Below, piece by piece: positions 10,818 to 23,300 of a stretch of 64,000 bases of DNA. The notes below the pieces were generated by a model. It made no database searches. It was not told the DNA's origin and worked only from the letters and a program-made list of their open reading frames with translations. The DNA comes from Zootoca vivipara (taxonomy: Eukaryota), in assembly GCF_963506605.1 (NCBI RefSeq), contig NC_083288.1:48112001-48176000 (forward strand), given 5' to 3'. A program made the position numbers and the translations under genes. Each line of letters begins with the position of its first letter. Within the stretch, counting starts at the first letter, position 1.

Positions 10818-13800
10818 AGTGTTGAACTAGTCAGCACCAAGTAACTATAGGTTAGAGGTTGTGGATGGCTCTCCTAGAACTGGAATGACTCTGGATTCAC
10901 TCTGTGTCTGATGGTCCAGTTACAGGCTTGAATCTTGTGAAAATGGACTTCTGCAAACTTTCCAGCTCCAAATTATACCTGTTCCCAGTCTTGCTCTGCC
11001 AGTCCACTTTGGGGGACGCTGTCTGAAATCTTTAGAGTCAAGATGTCCCAGTCTGTGCTTCAGGTGATGGCCAGATCTGTTGTCTCTCTTCTAGAAGCAA
11101 ATGAGTTGTATCTTCTTCCTCTGATTAGAAACTTCCTTTCTAATACCAGAAATGCTGGATTTGTTAGAACTGAGTTAGGTCTCTTCTCTCTTGATCTGGG
11201 TGTCGGCAGCTAGATTTCCTTTGGTTCTGATATCAAACTGATCCTCTCTCACATGCAGTAAGTACAGTACGATACAGTATTTCCCGCTCCAAATCACAGG
11301 TGCAGATGATGTGGGATTCCAATCTCACGTTGTTGCTGTTTCTTTTTTTTGTAGTTTGCCCTGAAGGGAAGGAGGAGAACCGCACAACAGTGCAGGGGAA
11401 GCCGACTGGTTTGATCTTGTTTGTGCAGCTCCCACACACTCACTACCACAGTTTTATTCTGATCAGTGGCGCTTGCTCTAAAAAGATTTTCCTAGATCTT
11501 CCTTGTGGCTCAGTTTGTACAGGGATCGCTCTAAGTGCCAGGGTGGTTTCTCATCACAGCGTTTCTCTCGCTTTGATGGTCGATTCGCCGTTTTTGTTGT
11601 CCCAGCTGAGCTTCTCTCTCCACCAGGTCTCTCGGCTTCTCATGCCTTCTCGCAGACCAGCTCTTGCGCTTCTCCGCTCTGCATTTGTTTTTCTCCCTCT
11701 TGAGTTCCTTTCCCCTGCTCTTCTGCTGAACCAGCCGCTGCCGGTCCTGGGGCAAGGCGGGGGGAGATAATTATTCGCTCCAGGAGAGGCAGAGATAGAC
11801 TCCTCCTCCCTCTCGCCTTACCTCTCCGCTTAAAACTCATCCACGGAAGCTGGTCGTGTTGTCGCTTTGGGATCTCGCCCGCCTTCCTATGCAACTGACT
11901 CTCGTTATGCCTTGTTCGGTCTCGTCTTCTAATAGTATCAAAGATGCCCCGTTCGCTGTTGCAGGGGGTGTGGAACACACATTAATCGGCAGCCTAACCC
12001 GCGAGGCACCAGCTCGTTACCTGAGCAGTGCCACCACAACTGGAATCTAGCCCCAACAACTCTGTTACATGATCCCATATTGTCATAGGATCACGTGACA
12101 TAGAGTTCCTCAGGTTAACGGGTTCATTTCATTTCAGAAAGAAATGACCAACTCTTTAATTGCACAATTTTAAAGAATTCTCACTATACATAAATTTGCT
12201 TGTTTTTGTTTGTTTAGTCGTGTCCGACTCTTCGTGACCCCATGAACCATAGGACGCCAGGCTATGGTCTGCTCTTGTGCATACATAAATAGGCATACAT
12301 GAATATGTTCAATCTATTGAACTGGTATTCACTCTATTGTACTGGTATTCCTCTTTCTACACCCCCTTCCAATTATCTTTTTCTCCACAGAAGCTTTTAG
12401 GTCACAGATCAAACTTAACTTTGCTGCATTGTTTTATTGTGCATTATATTATTTGCGTGTTTTATTACTATGACCCACCCTGCAGTCATTGGAGGAAGGG
12501 CAGGATGTAAAATTTAAAAATAAAGCTTTCCTTTCGTTAACCCCAATACTTTTCTGGTTACCACCGATACTGTAAGCACGCAAAGCCAAGTTTACATGCT
12601 GCTGGATTTCCTCACAAAACGCGTATCCAATCCAGCACTTTACCAATCTCTTCTTTTCCTCCACCACCCCTGCAACTGTGGCTCCCTTTTGTTACGTTTC
12701 AGTTTGAAAGAACATGAGTTTAGGTTCATCCCCCACCCCACCCCACCCCAGTCTTGTAAAGTACCCTATGCTGACACTCACTCAAAGCCTTTCAGTAAGG
12801 GCACACACTGACAAAATTGTTCTTTGAAAATAATAGCGGTTTCCGGAAACGGGTTTCTCCGTCTCTGCTGCCCGGGCCGCTACCATTCACTGTGGTGATG
12901 CTTCAGTTTATCTGTTTATTGCTCAACAGCGTCTATTACACTAACAACCTTAATCTTTCTCCCTAATCAGCTTGGGGTGTGTGTGTGTGCGCACCGCCAA
13001 TATACTGTACTGTACAGTAATCCCCTTTTAAAAAGTGGCACGAGTGCCGATTTTGCTACATGATGGACCTGTTTTTGGAAGCCCCTCATCTTCCAGACCT
13101 GGAAAATCAGAAAAGAGACTTGACAACGGGGGGGGGGGGGGGAGGACCAGAATGACAGGATTTTGTGTGCCCCCACTTTTCCTGTGTACTATTCCTCTTC
13201 CTTCTTCCCCCGCACCTTCTGTTCAATGTCCCCACTTCCCCTTGCTTGGCACATTTTTCCCTCTGCTATCTCTGCTGATCTCGCACGTTCTCCTGCAATG
13301 TGGGGGTGAAGTCCAGCCTTTGGGGAGCACCCTTGACTCTTTTTTATCGTCATCTCAGCAGGAACAGGCTAGAGCAAAGGTCAGGGCTGGGAAGGAGAGA
13401 AGATAACAGCAGAGAATGAGAAAAAGCAGGGTGTGGGGAGGCAGGGGTAGTGCGTGGCGACTCAGCAGCAGCAGTAACTGCACAACAATCCATTAGAGTT
13501 GTGGGTTCAGGCAGTCTCGTGAACGAAAGAAAAAAAGGGAATAACAAGATCAAAGTGGAACTGACATGAAGCAAAACTGCAGTAAACATCTCATGACTAA
13601 TTCCTTCCCTCCACATCCCCAATCTCAAAATTGAACTAGGATTCAATTGCTGCCTATAGTTTGAGGGTGCTTCTGGATCCAGCTCTTTCACTGGATACTC
13701 AGTGAGTAGTGTATAAGTGCATTTTAGCAACTGTGGCAGGCACGGGCGTAAACAAATACAAATACTAACTGACCAATTGTGTTGCAGATAACTCAGGTTC

Positions 13801-13884
13801 CCCGCCCCCCAACATAATGCCTGCTCCCCTAAAATAAACCCTGGCTACGCCCATGGCGGCTGGTTCGAGAGCTACAGCTATTCC

Positions 13885-14540
13885 TGAGCCGAGAGGCCTT
13901 GCCACAGTAGTTCACACCCTGGTTACTTCAAGACTGGATTACTGCAATGTGCTGTATGTGGGGCTTCCCTTGCGCTTGATTCGGAAGCTGCAGTCAGTGC
14001 AGAATGCTGCAGCACGATTGCTGACGGGGCAAGGCCTTGTCAGCATATAGCACCTGCGCTCAGAAATCTGCATTGGCTGCCAATTTGCTACCAAGCAAAG
14101 CTCAAGGCATATTCATATTATCATATAAAGTCCTGAATAACTTGGGACCAGTTTATCTCTGAGATCATACCCTACATGCATCTACTTGGCCGCTTCAATT
14201 GGCATAATTGGCACTGCCACAGGTGCCACATAATCCCCATTCCGCATTTGTAAAAACTCAAGTGACACTTTGGAACTCCCCGCCAATTGACATCAAGCAG
14301 GCGTCTTCCCTGTTATCTTTTTCAGCGCCTGCTAAAAACATTCCCTTTTAGACACACCTACCCAGATGCTTAGAAAGTTGAAGTAATTTTAATCTGTTTT
14401 ACTATTTTAATTTACATGTATGTTTTAAAGTAGGGTTGTGAATTTGTCTTCATTTTACCGGATTACCTTTTTGCAAACTGCTTTGAGGGTTGTTGTTCCG
14501 GTTTTTTTAAACAATCAAGTGGTGTATTAATTTTATGAAA
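13885..14540 (+). mobile_element. Degenerate L2 LINE 3' fragment
   Basis: Encodes LVTSRLDYCNVLYVGLP...LQSVQNAAARLLT and LHWLP, typical of the L2/CR1-group ORF2 C-terminus. Confidence 0.8.
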
Positions 14541-15419
14541 TAGAATCCACCCTGGCCTTGCTGGTTCTGCCTCCTTCTGGTATCAATTTAAAAGGACCAC
14601 AACTCTACAGATTAGGATCCCACACCCTCCATATTTAGCTTCTCCTCCCCATCCTAGGCTCCTCCTGCATCCACGGCCCTCAAAAGTCATTTTATCCCCT
14701 TATTGCTCCTCACTTCCTGGAGAGTATTTTGGCAGGTTTCTCTCACTAAGCAGCAGGAGGAGATTCCAGCAGCGCAGCTTCCTGAGGCTAAGAAAAAGCA
14801 GGTTGGAAATGCTTGGACCTGCTGGATCTTCCTGTGCTGCTTACTGACAAGTGTCTACCATTTCCCCTAAAGCTACCCAAGGACAGATCCAAGGAGCCAA
14901 CGAGGAGGATCCACAACCCCTGCAAAAAACCTCCTTGCTTTTTCTCACCAAGAGGAGGCATCCCAAAATCACCCACTGAGCTGGCGCAGAAATTATGCCT
15001 TTAAGGGCAAGAAAAATGGGGACCAGAAACGTTTCCCTGCCCCATCCAAACCCTCGCTGGACCATGAACCAAACTCAGACTGGGGTGGGGGGGCACCCAT
15101 GGAAATTAATGGCCACAAGTTGTTCATGGTTTTCAGCGGGTCAACTCTTGAGTAATACTTAAGTTGAATCCCACCGACTTTTATTGCAGAAACTCCGTGC
15201 CCGTCCCCGCCAACTCTCAGAGGCCGCTTTCAGATTCCCCAACCTCTCTCCTCTGCCTCCATTCCTTTTTCTTAGTTTTCACAAAGTATCCCCCTTCCAA
15301 TCCTAAAAACCCCTTCCTCACCCACCCACCCCTGCCATTTTTATACGCCTGCTTCTCTCTCCAGAGCCACAACGTCGCCCTCCATCTGCGCCCCTCCCCC
15401 CCCCTTCTCCTTAATCCCC

Positions 15420-15620
15420 TTCAGTCCTCGCGCCGGACTCCCTCCCTCCGCGCAAACCGTTTCCCGCCTTTTTTAACGGTCGTTTTTCGCTCAGCGCCGA
15501 GGCGGCCAAGTAGTCTCGGGAAAAGGGCGGGAAACAGGCAGGGGCCGGGGGAGGGGGGGTGTTGGGAACTTGCCTTGGCTATCGGCTTGTGAAGCGACCC
15601 TGCTTTAAATTATAAATTTG
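15420..15620. promoter_or_regulatory. CpG-rich putative promoter between divergent SLC7A8 and RNF212B
   Basis: CpG enrichment, GGGCGGGAAA (E2F/GC-box-like) and TATAAA ~15611; position upstream of RNF212B. Function is inferred. Confidence 0.4.
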
Positions 15621-17327
15621 AGAATTTTATACAGTAACTGACTTTTCAGACGGCAATCGCTGCATGAAAAACAGGCGGGTTAGAAGAGTGGGGGTAGAAA
15701 GAAAAGAGGTATTGAAGGAGTGTTCTGATGAAAATCCTTTTTATTAGTGGGTGTGGGGTGGGGGACCCTGGTCCCTGACCCTCTTGGGAAAGGTGCTTTC
15801 GAAATACGGATTCCTTCAGCACTTCCTTTAAGTCATGTTCTTTCTTTGTTGTTCTCAATAGGACTTTGCCTCCAGCTGATGGCAGGGACAGTCCCTATTT
15901 TCTAGTACCTGTCCTTGATACCATAAATTGTCCCTGCTTTCAGACAATTGTCCCTTTTAGTCCATTTTAGGAGACACAACACACACTCGCGGTGCCTTAA
16001 AAGACTAATACTAATCTATTGTGTGTATAAACAGGTGGATCTTTCTAAAGTCATTTGATTTTTGTGTGCAGGCCGTATAAAAACACCCTCAAACCATTTT
16101 CAACATCCTTTTTCAGGGACTGCACCATAAAAGCACAGACCTAAATGCACCTAAGGTGCTTCCATGGCACAGAAACATGAATCCACTATACAGATCCTGT
16201 CACCAAATTCCCACTCACATCTGTATATCCATGGACTCACATAGTAAAAAACAATGGATCAAACACCAGGTTGTAAGTGTGTGAAAAAATGTATACTTTG
16301 GATTTTGCCCTCCAAAATCTACCATCAAATCACACTCTTCAGATTGAACAGTAAAGAATAATGGTTTCAGCACATAGGCACATCAGTGTGGTGCAAAAAA
16401 TGAATCTGGATCCACACACTGTTGCACATTAAGGTACCTCAAATCCACTGTCAAATCCTAACCTTGCATTCAGGTCCACGGGTACGTTGCAAAAGTCATA
16501 GACCCAGTGTTTGTTGGCATCCATCTGTCATAGGAGACAGTGGAGGAGCATGCCTTTTGGGGTGAAGTAAAACACTGTTGAAAGGCTGAAGCACCTGCTG
16601 TGGCTGTAGAGACTGATACACCAGTGTGCTGTGGTACAAAAAAACAAAAACAAAACCCATGGTTATGAGGCACAGAGACCCATCGATCTGCTCATTAATT
16701 TTGCAGGCCACCGGGGTGGACTTTGGTAATATGGTGCCCTGACTGAGCCCAAAATTTGGTGCCCCAAAATGGATCTTCTCAATTACGGATCTTCTCGATT
16801 TTGCACCCCCTGGCTCAGTACCCTGTACGGGGCAACTGCCCAAACCACCCTAAATCTGGTGCTGAGGCCAGAAAAAGCTGCTGCTTAATCATGATTTACA
16901 CCAATGCAAACAAAGTACACCATTAAAATTATAGATCTGGTTGCCTCTGCTGCAGCACCACTGTGGACAGAAACATCAATATGACAACACAGATGTGAAC
17001 TGTCATTTCAAAGCAGGACGATAGTGTTGCTGTTTTAAACAACAACAACCTCAGATTCACGTTTCTGTCTTATGGTGGTGGCCACAAAGTACTGGACTCT
17101 TGGCTAATAGTGCAGCAGAACTGCATCTCATAATATTTTATTCTTGACTGCTACAGTTTTAAATCCTGTGATTTTCTGAACCTGCTATTCAAAGGGAAGG
17201 GATTAAGTTTAACTATTCCATTCAAATCAATGTGCCATGTACTGGTAAAATTTGACATATCCTCCTGATACACCTTTCTTAACAGAAGCTGAGGGAGGAC
17301 CTCTGCCTCACCTGTCCTTCTTGCAAC

Positions 17328-20264
17328 ATGGACTGGTTTCATTGCAATCAGTGCTTTATCCAGGACGCATCTGACTATTACGTCACCAGCTGTGGACACA
17401 TATTTTGCAAAAAATGTGCTGGTGCAGGTAAGAGTAACAGCGTGATGTTTATACCATGTCTGGGATGCAACATTCAGTCACCAATGCTGCCTTCCTACAC
17501 ACACCCTCAGAAGATGACTAGGTAGTGAACTTTCCTATTAGTTCCTTGTGTCCTGCACATGTAAACATATTGCTTATGTTTTGATTCGTCAGCCGTACAA
17601 TAGAACTTGACTGATCAAAAGCCAGCAGTCAGAAGCACTAAAATTTTCAAATCTGCTTTTTAAAGACCATCTAATGCAAGGGTAGCCAACATGGTACCCT
17701 CCATATATTGCTGGATTCCCAACTCCCATGGTCATGGATGATGGGAGATGGGAGTCCGATGACATTTGGAACTCACTATATAGGTCACCTCTGATCTAAC
17801 AATTTTGAAGATTCGTTCATAATTTATAGAGGATTGACCCATCTTGTGATATAATAACTTTTATATTATTTATAATAAATTTCCACATATTATTCTAACA
17901 CCTTTTGCATTTTAATCCTGACAGATAAATGCCCATCATGTGGAACCAGCTGCAAATATTTGTTTCTCAATAATAATGTAAGTTGTAGTTTCTCTAAAGC
18001 GGAATCTTATATTCTCCTTTGTTTCCATGGACTTTCTGAAACACAGATGTTCTACTTGTACCACATCCATTTTGGCTAATGTATGGAGTTCTTTTTATGA
18101 AACAGAGAAAGAAATATTGAGCAGAATTATGAAAGATGGCACAACTTTGATCCAGCCACCTTCACCACCAGAGAGATCCAGGGCTGCTAGCTTTTCCTAT
18201 CTGAGGATGTGGTTATGTTTACAAAGCGGCCCTTTTAAAAAGATGCAACCTACCCGCAAACAATTTGCTAGGGCTGTATGGCAAGGGGGGAAAGCCCATG
18301 ATTAATGGCTTCCATCCATGTATGGAGCCCAAAAGAATAAAGGCTTTCCCAAGAAAGTGGGAGCATTCAGTATACACAAGACTTTCTTATAAGGCCAAAA
18401 TGTTACAATTTTGAAAACACTTGTCTAATTTAATTAGTTATTAATACAGGGCTGGGGGCTGGCAGGAGTTGGACTGAGCAAGGTTTCTGCTCTGAACAGC
18501 TTCTTTGGCAATCACTCGTGGCTGAGTAAGATTGTCTTCCATTAATATGGTCTTAACAGTGAGTCTGTAAGTGACCGTGGAGGCAAATTCTGGATCTATA
18601 CGTCTTTCCACAGTAGGGACATAGGTTTCCGGGCGGGAGTTGATCACGTTGAGGGTTTGCCAAACGCACCTTCCTCTTAGTTTGTTTCTCTGAGCAGCAC
18701 ACCAATCAGTAAGAGTATTTCAGGGGATGCAATTAAAATACAGTATGCATAATGCACTTTTAATTTGCAAAGGAGTTTCAATCCATATTCTTACTTACCT
18801 TTTTGCCCTACTCTTTCCAGTCACAAGTCCATGCATAAAAGCTCTATGTCCGAGTGTTAGTTATTTTTGCCCTGAAGCTTTCCTTTCCCCATGAAAACCC
18901 ACTCTTTAGTGCTCAATTGGAGCTAACATCAATTCAGGTTTTCTGTAGAAAGGGTAAAGTGGCCATGTGTTTTGCTGTGAAAACATGCATGTGTGTGCAG
19001 CAGGGCGAGGGAATGAGTGAAGTAACTCTGCTGTTAATGCTTGCATGCTTGTGCATTCACACTTAAAGGGACCGCTGACCATTAGGTCCAGTCGTGACCA
19101 ACTATGGGGTTGCGGCCCTCATCTCGCGTTATTGGCCGAGGGAGCCGGCATACAGCTTCCAGGTCATGATGAAGCCGCTTCTGGCGAACCAGAGCAACAC
19201 ACGGAAACGCCGTTTACCTTCCTGCTGTAGCGGTACCTATTTATCTACTTGCACTTTGACGTGCTTTCGAACTGCTAGGTGGGCAGGAGCTGGGACCGAG
19301 CAACGGGAGCTCACCCCATCGCGGGGATTCGAACCGCCAACCTTCTGATTGGCAAGCCCTAGGCTCTGTGGTTTATCCCACAGCACCACCCACATCTCGC
19401 ATTCACACTTAGCCATGGTTTAAACAGAGGATTTGAACATCAGTCTCTTAAATACATCACCAGCTGATTAAACCTAGAATATCTCAGTTTGCTTTACCTC
19501 TTTAGAAGATAATAAAGAGTCTGGGCCTTATCTTGTCCTCTTTGTGTTTCTGATCTACAGATGAAAGAAGATGAAAAAAAGTTTTTCAAAAGCCCTGTTG
19601 AAACTGCTCTCAACTATATCACCCATCTATCTCAGGTAAGAATGACATACCCTGTGAGCATTGTCTCATAGGTCCTAAAATGCTGGTGACAGCCAAGAAA
19701 CATGGAGTGGATTTGTGGAATTGTGGGTCTTTGAGAAAAAGCAGGTTAGCTTAAAGATAGATCTGCAATCCAGTCAGAAAAAGCAGGTTAGCTTAAAGAT
19801 AGTGGGAGAAGTGTATGCTGAAAATGTATTCAGAAGTATGTTTAAGAGGTCCTTCCTGCAAACAAGGAAGAAACAAAAATTGCTTCAGGCAACCTGTTTA
19901 TTGAGCATTAATCTCATTTGTTTGTGCAAAGTTTTCAGGGAGGTTCTGTGAAATTGGCTGCATAATGAACATTCATTCCAATTTGTTTGTAGGGAGGTTA
20001 TACCGTACCAAGCAAATATCTCTTACTTTCCAGTACATGTTCTATCACTTTCTTTACCCCTCAAAAGCTTGTTATTTAAAAATTGGCTTGTGTTAATAAA
20101 TAAATAAATTAATAATGTTGTTGTTGTTGTTGTTTAGTCGTTTAGTCCTGTCCGACTCTTCGTGACCCCATGGACCATAGCACGCCAGGCACTCCTGTCT
20201 TGCACTGCCTCCCGCAGTTTGGTCAAACTCATGTTCGTAGCTTCGAGAACACTGTCCAACCATC

Positions 20265-20312
<48 letters not shown>

Positions 20313-23300
20313 TTTAATTTAATAATTTATTGGCCAAGTACATTTTCCAACATACTTGGAATTTGTTTCGGCTACATTGTAATGTAAACATACACACACT
20401 GTTCCACTCACAATACAAATAAGCAAAGAAACCCACCCATAATTTACATTAAGTAAACTAAACACTGAGCAACCTGGATTTGCTACGGTAATACTGTATG
20501 CGATTGAATCCTAGCCGCAAAATAGCAAGTCTGGAAGCAGCTGTAGCAGCTTAATTTCCTATCCTAATAAACAATGAATATGATTTGAAAAGAAGTTACA
20601 TTTCACCCCATTTCCAATGGCTTGGGGCTATGTGGTTGGGGTTAAATCCAAGGTCATTTATAGGACTAGTTAATAAGCAATCTGGGGAAGGGTTAATAAT
20701 AATAGTGGTCCTCTTTGCCAACTTAGCTAATTAATTACTATGACAAATCTAGATAAAAGAGCCATATAAATATGCAGACCAACTACAGTAGTTAATAATC
20801 AGGTAGAATTTCAGCAGAATCAGCAGCACCTGAACATTAAAATCTGCCAGGATTGCCATTTTATGTGTATCTCACAAGCCTTGGTATTTATGGACCAGCT
20901 TCCTCCCCTGAGCAAGATACTACTTCTCATTGGTGGATATTACTGTAGTGACAATAATAAAGGTATTTATTTATTTGGGAAATATGTATATATCACATCT
21001 TCAACAACAAAGTTTCTAAAGTAGTCTACAAGTATTAAAATAATAATAACAAAAGCATAGACTAATGAAAACAGTGATACAACAGTAGAATCAAGCAGTA
21101 TTTAAATCAGTGAACGCATTTATAAGGCCTGTAAAAATTAAATGGTCTTCACCTGCTGCTGAAAATACAGCAATGTAGATGCCGGGAAAGCTGACCATGG
21201 GAGAGAATTCTAAGAACAGGGTGCCACAAGTGTAAAGGGTGTCTCTCTGTCTAGGAATTTCAGGTATTGTAATTGCTGCATTTCCAATATTTTCAGGAAC
21301 CTCTCCCTTTCTGACCTGCCCCTTTGCACCCCACTAGCTCTGCATGCCCACTACAGATGTCTATCGACTTGATACACTTTTGCAACATGTTTTTTTCCAA
21401 CATTTTGAACAGGAGTTTTATCTCCAAAGTTGTTACTGTGTCTTTATATTGCACTTTAAGTACTGGTAGATACCCTGCCATTCATTACAGTACTGTACAC
21501 AGTACTTACCTTTAGCCAACTGTTTGAATGGAGCAAGCTTGCAGCTGCCTGTGCCAGTTTTCTGTCAATTTTCCTTTTTAAAAGCTCCCCCTAGCAAATT
21601 CATGGGTTGTTTCTTAATTTCTCAGAGTTAAAAAAAACAATTTAGGGGCTCTTATTGAACAAGGTGATAAGAGCCCCTAAATTGTTTTTTAACTCTGAGA
21701 AATTAAGAAACAACCCATGAGTTTGCTAGGGGGAGCTTTGGGTTGTTTCTTAATTTCTCAGAGTTAAAAAACAATTTAGGGGCTCTTATCACCTTGTTCA
21801 ATTACAGCCATTAGCACAAACTCTGATTCACTTGCACAACATGATGTGAATCTCATATGATTGGAGTGAACATGCAAAACTATATAACCTTAAGTCAGAC
21901 AATTTGTTCATTTAGCCCAGTCTACTCTGATCATAGCTGCCAAGTTATCCCTTTTTTACAGGGATTTTCCCTTATGCTGAATAGGCTTCCTCGCGAGAAA
22001 AGTGAAAACTTGGCAGCTATGACTCTGATTGGTAAGGGACCCAGGTGGCGCTGTGGGTTAAACTACAGAGTCTAGGCCCAGGGCTTGCTGATCAGAAGGT
22101 CGGCGGTTTGAATCCCTGCAATGGGGTGAGCTCCCGTTGCTTGGTCCCAGCTCCTGCCCACCTAGCAGTTCGAAAGCACATCAAAGTGCAAGTAGATAAG
22201 TAGGGACCGCTCCAGCGGGAAGGTAAACAGCGTTTCCGTGCGCTCCTCTGGTTCGCCAGAAGCAGCTTTGTCATGCTGGCCACATGACCCAGAAGCTGTC
22301 TGTGGACAAACGCTGGCTCCCTCGGCCTATAGAGCGAGATGAGCACCGCAACCCCAGAGTCGGGCACGACTGGACCTGATGGTCAGGGGCCCCTTTACCT
22401 TTACTCTGATTGGTAGATACTGAACCTGTTTCTTGTGGTGGCTGGTGCCCATTGGGAATGGCAGGGCAGCAGGCAAAGAGGTCCACCATAGGTGGAACCT
22501 AAGACAGACAGAGCCCACTAATTCTGGTTTTGTTCCTATATTTCTCCCTGTCAAGTTGTACAAGGGTAAAACTGAGTCCAAGGAGGAGGAAGCTGACAAC
22601 CAGTACCACTCACAGGGCTGGTTGTAAGGAGGTAGGCAAGTGGGGACTAACTGGGGGCAGACTGAAATGAGTGGGTCACTGCCCCATTTACCCTGTGACC
22701 ATCTATATATAAGGCAAATGCTGTACCACTGCACTATGCCACTTGCTTCCTGTCTAGTATGTTCCTTAGAGTTGAAAGGACCCATATTCCATTTCTGATC
22801 TCCTGAAGCAAGTCACAGTCCCTGGATTTGACCAGGAGAGCACATAATAATATTAATTTTATTATTTTTACCCCACCCATCTGAATGGGTTGCAGACTGG
22901 TTCCCCCCCCCCCAACTTTTCGATCCTTTTATTTCATTCCCTTTGTTTCTCTTCCTAGGTGTGCATGTTCCAGAAGGGACAGATGGAGCTTTTAGTTTCT
23001 TTCTACAAACACAATGCTTCAAAAGCAGAGGGAGCTCTTCAGGAAGCTCACCAGAAACGAACTATCCAGGAAAAGCAGGTTGTGTTCCCATGAACTAAGG
23101 CAAACAGTGTTAGTTGTAGCTGTAGGATTTAGTAGAACCATCATGAGGAAGACCATCAAAGTGTTGAACTAGGACTGCAGAAACCTAAGTTCAAATCCCT
23201 GTTTAGTCCTAAGACTCACTTGGTGATCTTGGGCCAGTCATTATCTCCCAGTACAGTATATCCTATTCCCCCTCCTTAAAACAATATAAAGAAGGTTCAT

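Noticed and set aside
16080-16860. Possible degenerate coding sequence upstream of RNF212B
   Set aside because: No recognisable motif or consistent splice structure.
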